Assembly: GCA_025924215.1 (NCBI GenBank)
Contig: JAICEJ010000001.1
Coordinates: 1 to 40,989 of the forward strand
Reading direction: 5' to 3'
DNA from: Candidatus Binatia bacterium
GTDB taxonomy: Bacteria; Desulfobacterota; Binatia; UBA9968
DNA length: 40,989 nt
Position 1 is the first letter of the stretch. The number at the start of each line of letters is the position of its first letter. A program made the position numbers and the translations under genes. A model generated the notes under the pieces. The model worked only from the letters and a program-made list of their open reading frames with translations, was not told where the DNA came from and searched no databases. Positions 10,506 through 20,014 of the stretch are shown one piece after another.

Positions 10506-10528
10506 GGTGATACAAATGGCGTCGAGCG

Positions 10529-11134
10529 TTAAAGCTGAATTTTAGTTCGTTGGTTAACGAAGTGACGAACGTACTTGCCGATTAGATCTGTTTCGACATT
10601 GACTTTATCACCAACCCTACGGACGCGCAAATTAGTGTTTTGCAAAGTAAATGGGATAATCGCGACGCTGAACCCCCGGGCGCTGCATCGGTTTACAGTC
10701 AAGCTGATTCCATCAACGGCAACCGACCCCTTGGAGACCAGCAGTGATCCCAAACGTTGCGCCAGCCGGAAAGAAAAACACGTGAAGTCTCCTTTTTTTT
10801 CGACCGAATGGACACTCCCGACGCCGTCTATGTGCCCGGTAACCAAATGCCCGCCCAGCCGATCCTCGAGCCGCATCGAACGTTCGAGATTGAGCAGTGT
10901 GCCAGGTTCGACGGTAGCTAAACTGGTGCGCTCCAATGTCTCCGGCGAAACGTCAAATGCCACTGTCTTTTTGCCTTTTCGAACGACCGTTAAGCACGCG
11001 CCATTGACGGCGATACTAGCGCCCAAGGGGATCCCGCGAAGCGCCAAACTTGATTCCACAGTCAAAACCGCTGACTGCTTATTGAGCACTAAGCTAGCGA
11101 CGCGTCCGACATCTTCGATCAGACCGGTAAACAT
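10529..11134 (-). CDS. ribE: Riboflavin synthase (alpha chain)
   Basis: MFTGLIEDVG... with the internally duplicated lumazine-binding repeat (...GHLVTGHIDGVG...). Confidence 0.9.
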   Translation of the reverse strand: MFTGLIEDVGRVASLVLNKQSAVLTVESSLALRGIPLGASIAVNGACLTVVRKGKKTVAFDVSPETLERTSLATVEPGTLLNLERSMRLEDRLGGHLVTGHIDGVGSVHSVEKKGDFTCFSFRLAQRLGSLLVSKGSVAVDGISLTVNRCSARGFSVAIIPFTLQNTNLRVRRVGDKVNVETDLIGKYVRHFVNQRTKIQL

Positions 11135-11155
11135 GATGCAGGCGAACCTTTCAGC

Positions 11156-12286
11156 TTAGCGCAGTCGGCCAGCCCCGCGCGTCTCGATGTATCCTGAAAC
11201 CAGCAAGTCGGCGCCTGATTTCTGAATTGTCAGATTTTGAAGCATGACAGATTGCTTGATATGTTCGACTCCCAAGCTGTCGATCATGTAGCGCCCGTCA
11301 CCACCCAGAAGTTTTGGGGCGTAGAAAAGCAGCATTTTGTCTACCATCTTCTCCTTCAAAGCACTGGCAGCGGTGGTTGCCCCGCCTTCAATAAGCACGC
11401 TGGCAATGCCGGTTTTGGCCAGTTTTCTTAGCAGCGGAAGCCACCGCACCGCGCCTTCGCGCGCAGGCATCCGCCAAACCGTTGCGCCTAAATTTTCTAG
11501 ACCGCGAATCTTACCTGCGGGCACGGTATCGCTTGTTACAATGATGTTTTTATCGCTGCTGCGCTGGCGCAAAAACTCGGCATCAAGCGGAATTCGTAAA
11601 CGCGCATCAAGGATGATCCTCCAGGGATCTCGTCCTCCCGTTATACGGCAAGTCAATTGCGGATTATCGGTAATCACAGTGCCCGCTCCCACCAGCACCG
11701 CATCATAACTATTGCGCAAGTGATGCACGGTGGCGCGAGATTCTTCGCAGCTAATCCAACGGGCATCTCCGTTCGCGGTAGCAATCTTTCCGTCGAGTGA
11801 CGCCGCCAGCTTGAGCGCAACAAACGGCACTCCGCGAGTGATGAACTTGGTAAATGCCTCATTCAGTGTTCGACATTCTTCTTCGAGAACACCGGTGCGA
11901 ACTTTGATGCCGCCCCGGGCGAGCGCGCGCAGTCCTTTGCCGGATACCAACGGATTAGGGTCCTTCATGCCGACAACCACTTTCTTGACCCCGGCAGCGA
12001 TCAAAGCGCGGGTGCATGGCGGTGTTCTACCGTAATGATTGCATGGTTCGAGATTTATATAGAGTGTGGCTCCTTTAGCCTTGTTGCCGGCCTTTTTGAG
12101 CGCAACGATCTCGGCGTGGTCGCCTCCGGCAAACCTATGAAAACCAGATGCGATGATTTTCCCATCGCGCAGCAGCACCGCGCCGACCATAGGGTTGGGG
12201 CTGGTCCTTCCGGCGGCTTTCGCAGCAAGGCGGCAGGCCATCCGCATATAGAGCCGATCAAGTTGCTCTTCGCGTCGCAGCCGCAC
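11156..12286 (-). CDS. ribD: Bifunctional riboflavin biosynthesis deaminase/reductase RibD
   Basis: Deaminase motifs HAEIVAL and LEPCNHYGRTPPC, followed by a reductase domain. Confidence 0.9.
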   Translation of the reverse strand: MRLRREEQLDRLYMRMACRLAAKAAGRTSPNPMVGAVLLRDGKIIASGFHRFAGGDHAEIVALKKAGNKAKGATLYINLEPCNHYGRTPPCTRALIAAGVKKVVVGMKDPNPLVSGKGLRALARGGIKVRTGVLEEECRTLNEAFTKFITRGVPFVALKLAASLDGKIATANGDARWISCEESRATVHHLRNSYDAVLVGAGTVITDNPQLTCRITGGRDPWRIILDARLRIPLDAEFLRQRSSDKNIIVTSDTVPAGKIRGLENLGATVWRMPAREGAVRWLPLLRKLAKTGIASVLIEGGATTAASALKEKMVDKMLLFYAPKLLGGDGRYMIDSLGVEHIKQSVMLQNLTIQKSGADLLVSGYIETRGAGRLR

Positions 12287-12289
12287 CGG

Positions 12290-12793
12290 CTAACTCCTTT
12301 TCTGTCGCGAAGCGCTTACTCGAGCCGCGGATATTTCTTTTCGTTCCTTGAGAAGCTCCTCCAGCTCCACCATGAACTCGTTAATATCTTTGAATGAGCG
12401 GTACACTGAGGCGAACCGAACGTAAGCCACCTCATCGGTATCGTGAAGTTCTCGCATCGTCGCCTCGCCGATCACTGAGCTCAATATTTCTTTTTCCCCG
12501 CGTTCCTGAAGATTGCGCTCGATCCGGTCGGCAATGGCTTCGATGGTATTGATGCTGACGGGCCGCTTCTCACAGGCCCGTTTAAGCCCATTGATTATTT
12601 TGATCCTCTCGTAAGTCTCCCGCCGACCATCTTTTTTAACCACCAATGGCATCATCTCTTCGACCCGTTCATAAGTGGTGAATCGGCGCGAGCACTTGGA
12701 GCACTCGCGCCGGCGCCGGATCATATTGTTATCCTTGCTCAAGCGCGAATCGATGACGCGGTTCTCGGTCTCATGACAAAAGGGGCATTTCAT
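12290..12793 (-). CDS. nrdR: Transcriptional repressor NrdR
   Basis: [17 protein letters not shown]...[12 protein letters not shown] is the zinc ribbon, followed by an ATP-cone. The ATG at 12793 is preceded by GAAGGA at 8-nt spacing. The longest ORF extends to 12844. Confidence 0.9.
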   Translation of the reverse strand: MKCPFCHETENRVIDSRLSKDNNMIRRRRECSKCSRRFTTYERVEEMMPLVVKKDGRRETYERIKIINGLKRACEKRPVSINTIEAIADRIERNLQERGEKEILSSVIGEATMRELHDTDEVAYVRFASVYRSFKDINEFMVELEELLKERKEISAARVSASRQKRS

Positions 12794-12916
12794 CCGATTG
12801 TTCCTTCGAGCACAGCCAGCTAGTTCACTATGTAAACCAGGCAATAGGTTATCGCAGGACCGCAGAGTAAATCCTGTGATTGGCGGGATTGATGTAGATT
12901 GACTATACCGATCAGG

Positions 12917-14170
12917 TCAATTTGACGGAAGCCGGTGCGGATAAACTGGAAAATTTCTGCACAGCGCGGCCACCTGCTTAGCAACCTCGCTTAAAACGTT
13001 TTCATTGCCCACATGGTCGAGCGCCCTGGCAATCAAATCGCCGATCAGGCCCATTTCCTCCTCCTTCATGCCACGACTCGTAACGGCGGGCGTACCGATG
13101 CGAATTCCGCTGGTGATAAACGGCGACCGAGTATCGAATGGCACCGCGTTGCGGTTAACCGTGATGTGCGCCCGATCGAGAGTCTCCTGCGCCGCTTTGC
13201 CTGTCAGTTCAGATTTCCGCAGATCCACCAGCATTAGATGATTGTCGGTCCCCCCTGAGGTAAGGCGGTAGCCGTTCGCGGTGAGAGATTTCGCCAGGGC
13301 TTGAGCGTTCTTTACAATTTGCTGTTGATAAGTCCTGAACCCTGGATCGAGCGCCTCTTTCAGCGCCACGGCTTTGGCAGCGATTACGTGCATCAAGGGA
13401 CCGCCTTGCATGCCGGGAAAGACTTTGCTGTCGATTGTTTTGGCATGAGCGGCGCGGCACAAGACCATTCCTCCGCGAGGGCCTCGTAGAGTCTTGTGAG
13501 TCGTGGTGGTTACAAAATCGGCATAAGGGACTGGGCTAGGATGCACACTCGCTGCAACCAACCCGGCGATATGCGCCATGTCCACCATCAAAAGCGCTCC
13601 CACCTCATCTGCAATTTCACGAAATTTAGCAAAGTCTATGATTCGTGGATAGGCGCTGGCGCCGGCAATGATCAGTTTCGGCCGGTGTTCGCGCGCGAGT
13701 TTGGCCACTTCATCATAGTCGATGGTTTCAGTTTTTTCTGAGACGCCGTAGGGGATAACACGGTACAGGATGCCGGAAAAATTGACTGGGCTGCCCATCG
13801 ATAAATGGCCACCATGCGCAAGATTCATCCCGAGATAACAATCGCCCGGCTTAAGCACGGACAGATACACGGTCATGTTAGCTTGGCTGCCGGAATGAGG
13901 CTGCACGTTTGCATGATCGGCGCCGAAAAGTTCTCGGGCCCTGGCTATGGCCAGAGATTCGACCTCATCGACAAATTCACAGCCGCCGTAATAGCGCTTG
14001 CCTGGATAGCCTTCTGCGTACTTGTTAGTCATCACGCAGCCCTGAGCTTCCAAGACCGCTTCGCTGACGACGTTCTCAGACGCGATCAGTTCCAAATTCC
14101 CTTCGAGCCTGTTGGTTTCTTTTTGGATCGAGGCAAAAACTTCGCTGTCGGTTTGCTGCAGAAAAGACAT
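12917..14170 (-). CDS. glyA: Serine hydroxymethyltransferase
   Basis: About 417 aa with the PLP motif [15 protein letters not shown]. Confidence 0.95.
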   Translation of the reverse strand: MSFLQQTDSEVFASIQKETNRLEGNLELIASENVVSEAVLEAQGCVMTNKYAEGYPGKRYYGGCEFVDEVESLAIARARELFGADHANVQPHSGSQANMTVYLSVLKPGDCYLGMNLAHGGHLSMGSPVNFSGILYRVIPYGVSEKTETIDYDEVAKLAREHRPKLIIAGASAYPRIIDFAKFREIADEVGALLMVDMAHIAGLVAASVHPSPVPYADFVTTTTHKTLRGPRGGMVLCRAAHAKTIDSKVFPGMQGGPLMHVIAAKAVALKEALDPGFRTYQQQIVKNAQALAKSLTANGYRLTSGGTDNHLMLVDLRKSELTGKAAQETLDRAHITVNRNAVPFDTRSPFITSGIRIGTPAVTSRGMKEEEMGLIGDLIARALDHVGNENVLSEVAKQVAALCRNFPVYPHRLPSN

Positions 14171-14173
14171 CAA

Positions 14174-14656
14174 TCAAGATCCTTCGCTCTTGCTACCGCT
14201 GGGATTTCTCAGTGTTCCTAAATCTCGCTCAATTTCAGTTATCTTGTCGAGACGTCGTTGATGGCGGCCGCCGGCAAAAGGCGTGTTAATCCAGATCTCC
14301 AAAATCTCCCGGGCGAGGGCAGGTTCGGTGGTGGCTCCGGCTAGAACCAAAACATTTGCGTCATTGTGCTCGCGACTGGTCCGCGCTGTTTCACGATCCT
14401 GCACCAAAGCGGCCCGAACATTGGGATATTTGTTGGCTAAAATGGACATCCCAATCCCGGTGGTACAGATTAATATTCCTCGATCGGCCTCTCCTTGTGA
14501 GACTTGCTGCGACACCAGCCGGCCAAAATCGGGATAGTCGACCGATTCGCTGCCATGTGTGCCGAGGTCCTGCACATCGATATTTCTTGAACGGAGCACG
14601 CCGGCTAAGAAATCTTTGAGTTCTACTCCGCCGTGGTCACTACCCATGGCAATCAT
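14174..14656 (-). CDS. rpiB: Ribose-5-phosphate isomerase B
   Basis: MIAMGSDHGGVELKDFL...ICTTGIGMSILANK is RpiB/LacAB family sequence. Confidence 0.88.
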   Translation of the reverse strand: MIAMGSDHGGVELKDFLAGVLRSRNIDVQDLGTHGSESVDYPDFGRLVSQQVSQGEADRGILICTTGIGMSILANKYPNVRAALVQDRETARTSREHNDANVLVLAGATTEPALAREILEIWINTPFAGGRHQRRLDKITEIERDLGTLRNPSGSKSEGS

Positions 14657-14799
14657 GAAATTAATTGAGACGGAATCTTCTCCGAGCGAAAGCGAAGTTG
14701 CAGGAGTCGTTGTACACTCGTGCGAGCTCGAGTCCTAAATGGCCAAAGCTCCAGCTCCGGATGCATGATCTCGCCGGCGAAGTTTCTGAATGGACCCAG

Positions 14800-15036
14800 T
14801 TAACGATGATTATCGATATACGAGATGACGTCCTGGACAGTCTTAATTTTCTCGGCATCCTCGTCGGAAATCTCCATCTCGTACTCTTCTTCCAGAGCCA
14901 TCACTAATTCGACAATATCCAACGAATCCGCTCCTAGATCTTCGATGAAAGATGCTTCAGGAACCACCTCTTCCTCGCTTACCCCCAATTGTTCGCACAC
15001 GATCTCTTTTACCCTAGCCTGCACAGATGCCGCCAT
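14800..15036 (-). CDS. acpP: Acyl carrier protein
   Basis: [20 protein letters not shown] contains the phosphopantetheine-attachment DSL. The ATG at 15036 lies 8 nt after AGGAGG. The longest ORF extends to 15063. Confidence 0.9.
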   Translation of the reverse strand: MAASVQARVKEIVCEQLGVSEEEVVPEASFIEDLGADSLDIVELVMALEEEYEMEISDEDAEKIKTVQDVISYIDNHR

Positions 15037-15068
15037 TTTGTTTTCCTCCTGCTTATTCGCCATTCTTG

Positions 15069-15812
15069 CTACATGTAAAGTCCGCCATTAACATTCATCA
15101 CTTGACCGGTAATATAGGCTGCTCCCGGTCCCGTGAGAAACACCACCAGTTGCGCCACTTCCTCGCTCCTGCCAAACCTGCCCAAGGGAATCGAGCGAAG
15201 AAACTCCTCCTGAAGTTGCGGCGATAAATTAGCGGTCATCTCGGTTTCAATAAAGCCCGGAGCAACGGCGTTCACAGTGATCCCGCGCGACGCAAGTTCC
15301 CGCGCGATTGATTTGGTAAAGCCGAGGATCCCCGCCTTTGTTGCCGCGTAGATTGATTGTCCGACGTTGCCGGTCTGACCAACTACCGAAGAAAGATTAA
15401 CGATCCTACCGTAACGCTGGCGGATCATGGCACGGCAAACCGATTTGGTACAGAGAACCGTTCCCCTGAGATTAGTCCCTATGACCTGATCCCAATCTTG
15501 GGCCTTTGAGCGAATTAGAAGAGTATCCGAGGTCACCCCGGCATTATTGACCAGAATATCAACTTTCCCTTGTCCGTCAACGATTTTCTTGACAGCCGCA
15601 TCAACATCAGTTTCGACTGCGACATCGAATCGGCAAAGTTCCCCGTGGCCACCGGCGCCGTGAAGCTCTTCGAGCGCCGAGTCAGCAGCCTCTTGATTGC
15701 CACGGTAATTAATCACCACGTATGCTCCCGCTTGACCGAGAGCCACGGCGATAGCCCGACCGATGCCGCGACTTGCCCCTGTCACCAGAGCGACTTGCCC
15801 GTTCAATTTCAT
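15069..15812 (-). CDS. fabG: 3-oxoacyl-ACP reductase
   Basis: SDR sequence with [16 protein letters not shown] and YAATKAG, in fab-cluster context. Confidence 0.9.
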   Translation of the reverse strand: MKLNGQVALVTGASRGIGRAIAVALGQAGAYVVINYRGNQEAADSALEELHGAGGHGELCRFDVAVETDVDAAVKKIVDGQGKVDILVNNAGVTSDTLLIRSKAQDWDQVIGTNLRGTVLCTKSVCRAMIRQRYGRIVNLSSVVGQTGNVGQSIYAATKAGILGFTKSIARELASRGITVNAVAPGFIETEMTANLSPQLQEEFLRSIPLGRFGRSEEVAQLVVFLTGPGAAYITGQVMNVNGGLYM

Positions 15813-16801
15813 TTGATGTCATTCCTTAAGCGGGCAAGATCTTGCGGTGCTTCGAACGTATCCACCTCTATTTTCGGGCTGATCCGCTTCACCAATCCTT
15901 TTAGAACTCTTCCAGGACCGACTTCAAGCATTTTAGAGACGCCGAGACTCTCCAATCTCTTGACGGACTCTTCCCAACGTACCGGTCTCATGGCTTGCTC
16001 TGTTAGCAATAACTTGATCCGGGCAGCATCAAGATTCACCTCGGCGTTTACGTTGCTGATAACTCCGACTGTGAATGGATGAATCGTCACATCGTTCAGA
16101 ATACGTTTCAATCCTTCTGCCGCCGGCTTCATTAGTTGACAGTGAAATGGCGCGCTAACCGGCAGCTCGACAACACGCTTTGCGCCGCCGAACTTCGCAA
16201 GAAGCATTGCGCGGACTACGGCAGCCTTGGAACCGGCGATCACGATTTGACCACCGCCATTATAATTTGCAGGCGCGACCACTTCCCGGTCCTCTGCCTG
16301 TTTACAGATAGAGCTGACCGCTGCCGCGTCGAGACCCATGATGACCGCCATGGCGCCCGTCCCCGACGGCACAGCCGCCTGCATTAAACGACCACGCTCG
16401 CGCACGATTCTTAGGGCGTCGCTGAACGAGAGCGCGCCGACGCACACCAGCGCGCTGTATTCGCCGAGGCTATGACCCGCCACATAAGCCGGTTTAACCG
16501 CGGTTTCCGATTGCAAAACGCGGAGCGCGGCTACCGAGACAGCGAGAACGGCCGGCTGTGTGTTCTCAGTGAGTTGAAGATCGGCTTCCGGGCCGTGAAA
16601 ACATAGCTGGCTGAGTGAGAATCCGAGGGTCTGTTCGGCCTCTTGAAAAGCTTGCGCGGCAACTGGATAGTGCTCGCACAAATCTTTGCCCATACCGACG
16701 TACTGGGAACCTTGGCCGGGAAAAAGAAATGCCACATTGTCGGTAATCGCCACTTCAGTTCCCTTCGCGCTGCAGTTGGCCCGATCGCATGATTCGCTCA
16801 A
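15809..16801 (-). CDS. fabD: Malonyl-CoA:ACP transacylase
   Basis: FLFPGQGSQYVGMG and GHSLGEYSAL motifs. The TTG at 16801 overlaps the plsX stop (TTGA). An alternative GTG at 16753 with AAGGGA upstream would give a canonical-length N-terminus. Confidence 0.9.
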   Translation of the reverse strand: MSESCDRANCSAKGTEVAITDNVAFLFPGQGSQYVGMGKDLCEHYPVAAQAFQEAEQTLGFSLSQLCFHGPEADLQLTENTQPAVLAVSVAALRVLQSETAVKPAYVAGHSLGEYSALVCVGALSFSDALRIVRERGRLMQAAVPSGTGAMAVIMGLDAAAVSSICKQAEDREVVAPANYNGGGQIVIAGSKAAVVRAMLLAKFGGAKRVVELPVSAPFHCQLMKPAAEGLKRILNDVTIHPFTVGVISNVNAEVNLDAARIKLLLTEQAMRPVRWEESVKRLESLGVSKMLEVGPGRVLKGLVKRISPKIEVDTFEAPQDLARLRNDIK

Positions 16802-17835
16802 GGCCGGATCGTAGTCAACAAAGTTTTGTTTTCAGTTGCGGCCTGAGCCATGGATTCCAAAGCCGAGCTAATGTGGCCGTTTACGTTCTGTGAAACTGAT
16901 TCACTGGCAACGCGAATGGCGTTTTTTATTGCTAGCGCTGTTGACCCTCCATGGGCGACAATGGCGACTCCATCCAATCCCAGCAACCGTGCACCGCCGT
17001 ATTCGGCATAATCAAGCTTTCGATAGGCATGCCGCAGCGACTGCCGGGTCAGCAAATAGCCCAAGCGGCTCAACCAGCTTTTCTCAAAGCCGTTTTTTAG
17101 AATTTCGCTGGCAAAGCTCGCTACCCCTTCCATGGTCTTCAGTGCCACGTTTCCTGTAAAGCCATCGCACACGATGACATCGACCTTACCGCTGAAAAAG
17201 TCCCGGCCTTCGACGTATCCGACATAGTTTATGGGCGCGCTGTCGAGAAGCTCGCTGGCCGCTCGGGTCAACTCGTTCCCTTTGCTGTCTTCTTCGCCGT
17301 TGCTTAGCACGCCGACTCGGGGATTGACGATGCCCAACCCGCGCTCTGCATACACCGAGCCGATGATCCCAAACTGTAGTAACTGGCGCGGCTTGCAGTC
17401 GACATTGGCTCCGGCATCGATGATGATGGTTCCCTTAGATGTTCCGGGGACAATGGCTAGAATCGCGGGTCGAGTGACTTGAGGTAACGTGCCGATGACC
17501 AGCATCCCGATGGCCATCATGGCCCCCGAGTTTCCGGCGCTAACCACGGCTTGCGCCTCGCCGCGCTTGATCATTTCGAACGCAACCTTCATCGACGAAT
17601 CTCTCTTCCTCAGCGCAACGCTGGGGGATTCGTCCATAGATACCGTTTGTGTGGCGTTGAGAATTGACAAACGGGGGAGCTTGCCGCCGATGCGCAAACA
17701 TTCTTGTTCAACGGCGAGTTTGTCCCCGACAAGAATCAATTCCGCATCGACGTCTTGGGCTGCAAGCAGCGCGCCTTCAACAACAACCGCCGGGGCATGA
17801 TCTCCCCCCATCGCGTCGACTGCGATTTTCGGCAT
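16798..17835 (-). CDS. plsX: Phosphate acyltransferase PlsX
   Basis: MPKIAVDAMGGDHAP... with conserved position after rpmF. Confidence 0.9.
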   Translation of the reverse strand: MPKIAVDAMGGDHAPAVVVEGALLAAQDVDAELILVGDKLAVEQECLRIGGKLPRLSILNATQTVSMDESPSVALRKRDSSMKVAFEMIKRGEAQAVVSAGNSGAMMAIGMLVIGTLPQVTRPAILAIVPGTSKGTIIIDAGANVDCKPRQLLQFGIIGSVYAERGLGIVNPRVGVLSNGEEDSKGNELTRAASELLDSAPINYVGYVEGRDFFSGKVDVIVCDGFTGNVALKTMEGVASFASEILKNGFEKSWLSRLGYLLTRQSLRHAYRKLDYAEYGGARLLGLDGVAIVAHGGSTALAIKNAIRVASESVSQNVNGHISSALESMAQAATENKTLLTTIRP

Positions 17836-17849
17836 AGAGGAATGAAGTA

Positions 17850-18032
17850 CTAACTCTCGTCAACTTTAAGAACGGCGCGGCCGCGGTAGAAGCCGCAGGC
17901 ACGGCAAGCGCGATGAGGCATGACGGTTTCGCCGCACTGCGAACACGTGCTCCATTGCGGCTGAGTAAGGCCATCATGCGATCGCCGCTGGTTTTTTACT
18001 CGTTTCGAAGTTCGTCTCTTTGGTACAGGCAT
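17850..18032 (-). CDS. rpmF: 50S ribosomal protein L32
   Basis: [19 protein letters not shown]...[20 protein letters not shown]. The longest ORF adds 13 codons upstream. Confidence 0.9.
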   Translation of the reverse strand: MPVPKRRTSKRVKNQRRSHDGLTQPQWSTCSQCGETVMPHRACRACGFYRGRAVLKVDES

Positions 18033-18093
18033 TTTAACCCTATCCTTCCTGCCGGCGAACGGCAGAACCAATGTTCAGAAAATTGGCAGTAAA

Positions 18094-18633
18094 CTAACGA
18101 TTGATCTTGAGCGTCCGAAAAATCGCAAGACGCGCGTCGGACGGCGCAGCGGGATCGCAGGCGCACTCTTCAATATTGAGATTAACTCCACAACCACCAC
18201 ACAATCCTCGACAATCTTCACGACACAGCGGGCGGGTCGGCAAGGACAGTAGAACCTGCTCTTCGATTAATGGCGCTAGTTCGATAATATCACTTGAGTA
18301 GTAACTTAAACCTAACTCCTCTCGCCTTAACTCCTCAACCTTGCGCTCGGGGCGCGCCGGGTCCGGAACTAACACTATGTCAAATGACTTTTCGACGTCA
18401 AACGAATAAATAACTAAACACCGGCTGCAGCAGCCTTCGAATCTGCCGCCAAAAGATCCCTGGAAAAAAAGCTCCTGCCCCGATCTGTAGTAAACTAGAC
18501 TTCCGTCCAGCACGGGTGGAAAGTGAAAATCCCGATACTTTTCATTCGCGAAAAACGAATTTAAATCCTCAATCTTCTCTGAAAACATAACTTCTTTGGG
18601 AGACTGAGTTATCTGGTCGACGGGAATTTTCAT
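18094..18633 (-). CDS. yceD: YceD/DUF177 family protein (large ribosomal subunit accumulation protein)
   Basis: Position immediately upstream of rpmF-plsX. C-terminal cysteine cluster CREDCRGLCGGCGVNLNIEECAC. Confidence 0.8.
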   Translation of the reverse strand: MKIPVDQITQSPKEVMFSEKIEDLNSFFANEKYRDFHFPPVLDGSLVYYRSGQELFFQGSFGGRFEGCCSRCLVIYSFDVEKSFDIVLVPDPARPERKVEELRREELGLSYYSSDIIELAPLIEEQVLLSLPTRPLCREDCRGLCGGCGVNLNIEECACDPAAPSDARLAIFRTLKINR

Positions 18634-18663
18634 AGCGAAAGAACTGGTTGGCCGGACGATTTG

Positions 18664-18691
18664 AATATATTGGATTCTGCTCTGTTGTCAA
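18664..18691 (-). promoter_or_regulatory. Candidate sigma-70 promoter for the yceD-rpmF-plsX-fab operon
   Basis: The minus strand reads TTGACA (18691-18686), 16 nt, TATATT (18669-18664), about 30 nt upstream of the yceD ATG. Identified by pattern match only. Confidence 0.4.
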
Positions 18692-19123
18692 GTTGGCCGG
18701 TATTACAAACATACAAAAGTCTGTGATTTATCCGTAACTTCCGCCGCTGGCTCTCTTCAATCAATAATCAAACACGCTGTGCTAAAGGCAGCGCCGCTGC
18801 TATTTTGATGTTAGCAGGACTGTTCGGCGTCAAACGGTATTGATACTGCGCTCCTCTTCCGCCATCCAACCCGCCCCGAGGTTCACTATTTTATCTTCTC
18901 TTGACCCTTCTAAGAGAGTGCGAAATCACGCTGATTGAAAGATTTGAAACGATCAACGTATGCCTAACGAGCAAATTAGCGACGCACCAGTGACCGTTGA
19001 CAAGCTCGCAATCATCAATAGAATTCACGGGAGACCTTTAAACCGGCGCGAAGCCGCGCAGAATAGTACTGGCGACATGCTCGCGGTAACAGCAGCGAGT
19101 AAACTCGCATAAGGAGCAGGACT

Positions 19124-20014
19124 TTGAACGGCCATCTCGGCTTGATCCATGCCATCATTCCCGCAACAGTAGACATCCGCGTGTCGATCCCAGAAGACCA
19201 TCCGTCCACCAGGAACCTAGGGTCGGAGCGCACCGGATCCGGAACCATAGTCGATCCGGAAGGGTACATTTTAACGGTTAATTACGTGGTGACCGGAGCT
19301 TCGTCCATTACCGTCACCGTGGCCGAAGGAGAAGAGTATCCGGGTGAGATCGTTACACAGGATCTCGATAGCGGACTCGCGCTTTTAAAAATCCCTGCGC
19401 GCGGGCTGCCTTTCCTCAAACCGGCAACCGAACCGGCCGCACTTGGCCAGGCTAGCCTGATCGTTGCCAGCAGCGGAAACAACGAACGAAAAGTGAGCGG
19501 AGGCTATGTAACTTCACTGGAACCGTATGACGGCCATTGGGAATACATGCTCGATGAAACGGTGAGAGTGACAGCCGTCAATCCGGGCTTCGGCGGCGGT
19601 ACATTGGCAAATTTCAAAGCAGAGATGTTGGGCGTGGTTTCCCTGAATCTTGCGGACGTTGGAAAATTCTCATTGGCCATTCCGATCCGCTATTACCTTG
19701 ATCAGGAGCAGGCGTTCAAACAACGTTCCCTGGTCAGTCAAAAGCCTTGGTTAGGTTTTTATCCCCACTTGCTCGCCGGACATGTGGTTGTCGGCGGAGT
19801 GACGGAAGGGAGCCCGGCTGATCGTCAGGGACTTAAAGAGGGCGACATCATTCTGGATGTTGAGAAAACGCAAATCCGCTCGCGGCGGCAACTCTATCAG
19901 GAGCTTTGGAAGAAGCGACCGGGGGAACGCATTTGTCTGCGTGTCTTAAGAAACGAAACCAGTATCGAGCTAAACTTAATCGGCGCCGACCGCCGCAATC
20001 GTTATGGCAGCTAG
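19124..20014 (+). CDS. HtrA/DegP-like trypsin-fold protein with one PDZ domain. The catalytic triad is substituted, so it is predicted to be inactive. No signal peptide.
   Basis: TTG at 19124 lies 7 nt after AAGGAG. The sequence GSGTIVDPEGYILTVNYVV, DSGLALLKI and NPGFGGGTL aligns by eye to DegP GSGVII..GYVVTNNHVV, RSDIALIQI and NRGNSGGAL. The C-terminal PDZ reads GVTEGSPADRQGLKEGDIILDV. Confidence 0.75.
   Translation: MNGHLGLIHAIIPATVDIRVSIPEDHPSTRNLGSERTGSGTIVDPEGYILTVNYVVTGASSITVTVAEGEEYPGEIVTQDLDSGLALLKIPARGLPFLKPATEPAALGQASLIVASSGNNERKVSGGYVTSLEPYDGHWEYMLDETVRVTAVNPGFGGGTLANFKAEMLGVVSLNLADVGKFSLAIPIRYYLDQEQAFKQRSLVSQKPWLGFYPHLLAGHVVVGGVTEGSPADRQGLKEGDIILDVEKTQIRSRRQLYQELWKKRPGERICLRVLRNETSIELNLIGADRRNRYGS

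Noticed and set aside
10575-11159. 194-aa plus-strand ORF
   Set aside because: It is entirely antisense to ribE, Ser/Thr/Pro/Arg-rich and has no recognisable motif. It is a shadow ORF of a well-supported gene. The same reasoning applies to 28183-28851 (+, antisense to ruvC/ruvA), 15570-16082 (+, antisense to fabG/fabD), 35673-36275 and 36815-37168 (-, antisense to the methyltransferases), and 11337-11708, 11730-12035 and 12035-12397 (+, antisense to ribD/nrdR).
12794-12916. 123-bp gap between glyA and nrdR, examined for an FMN riboswitch or terminator ahead of the rib operon
   Set aside because: It is too short and lacks FMN-element conserved segments. ribD follows nrdR with only a 3-nt gap, so the rib genes here appear to be co-transcribed without a riboswitch.
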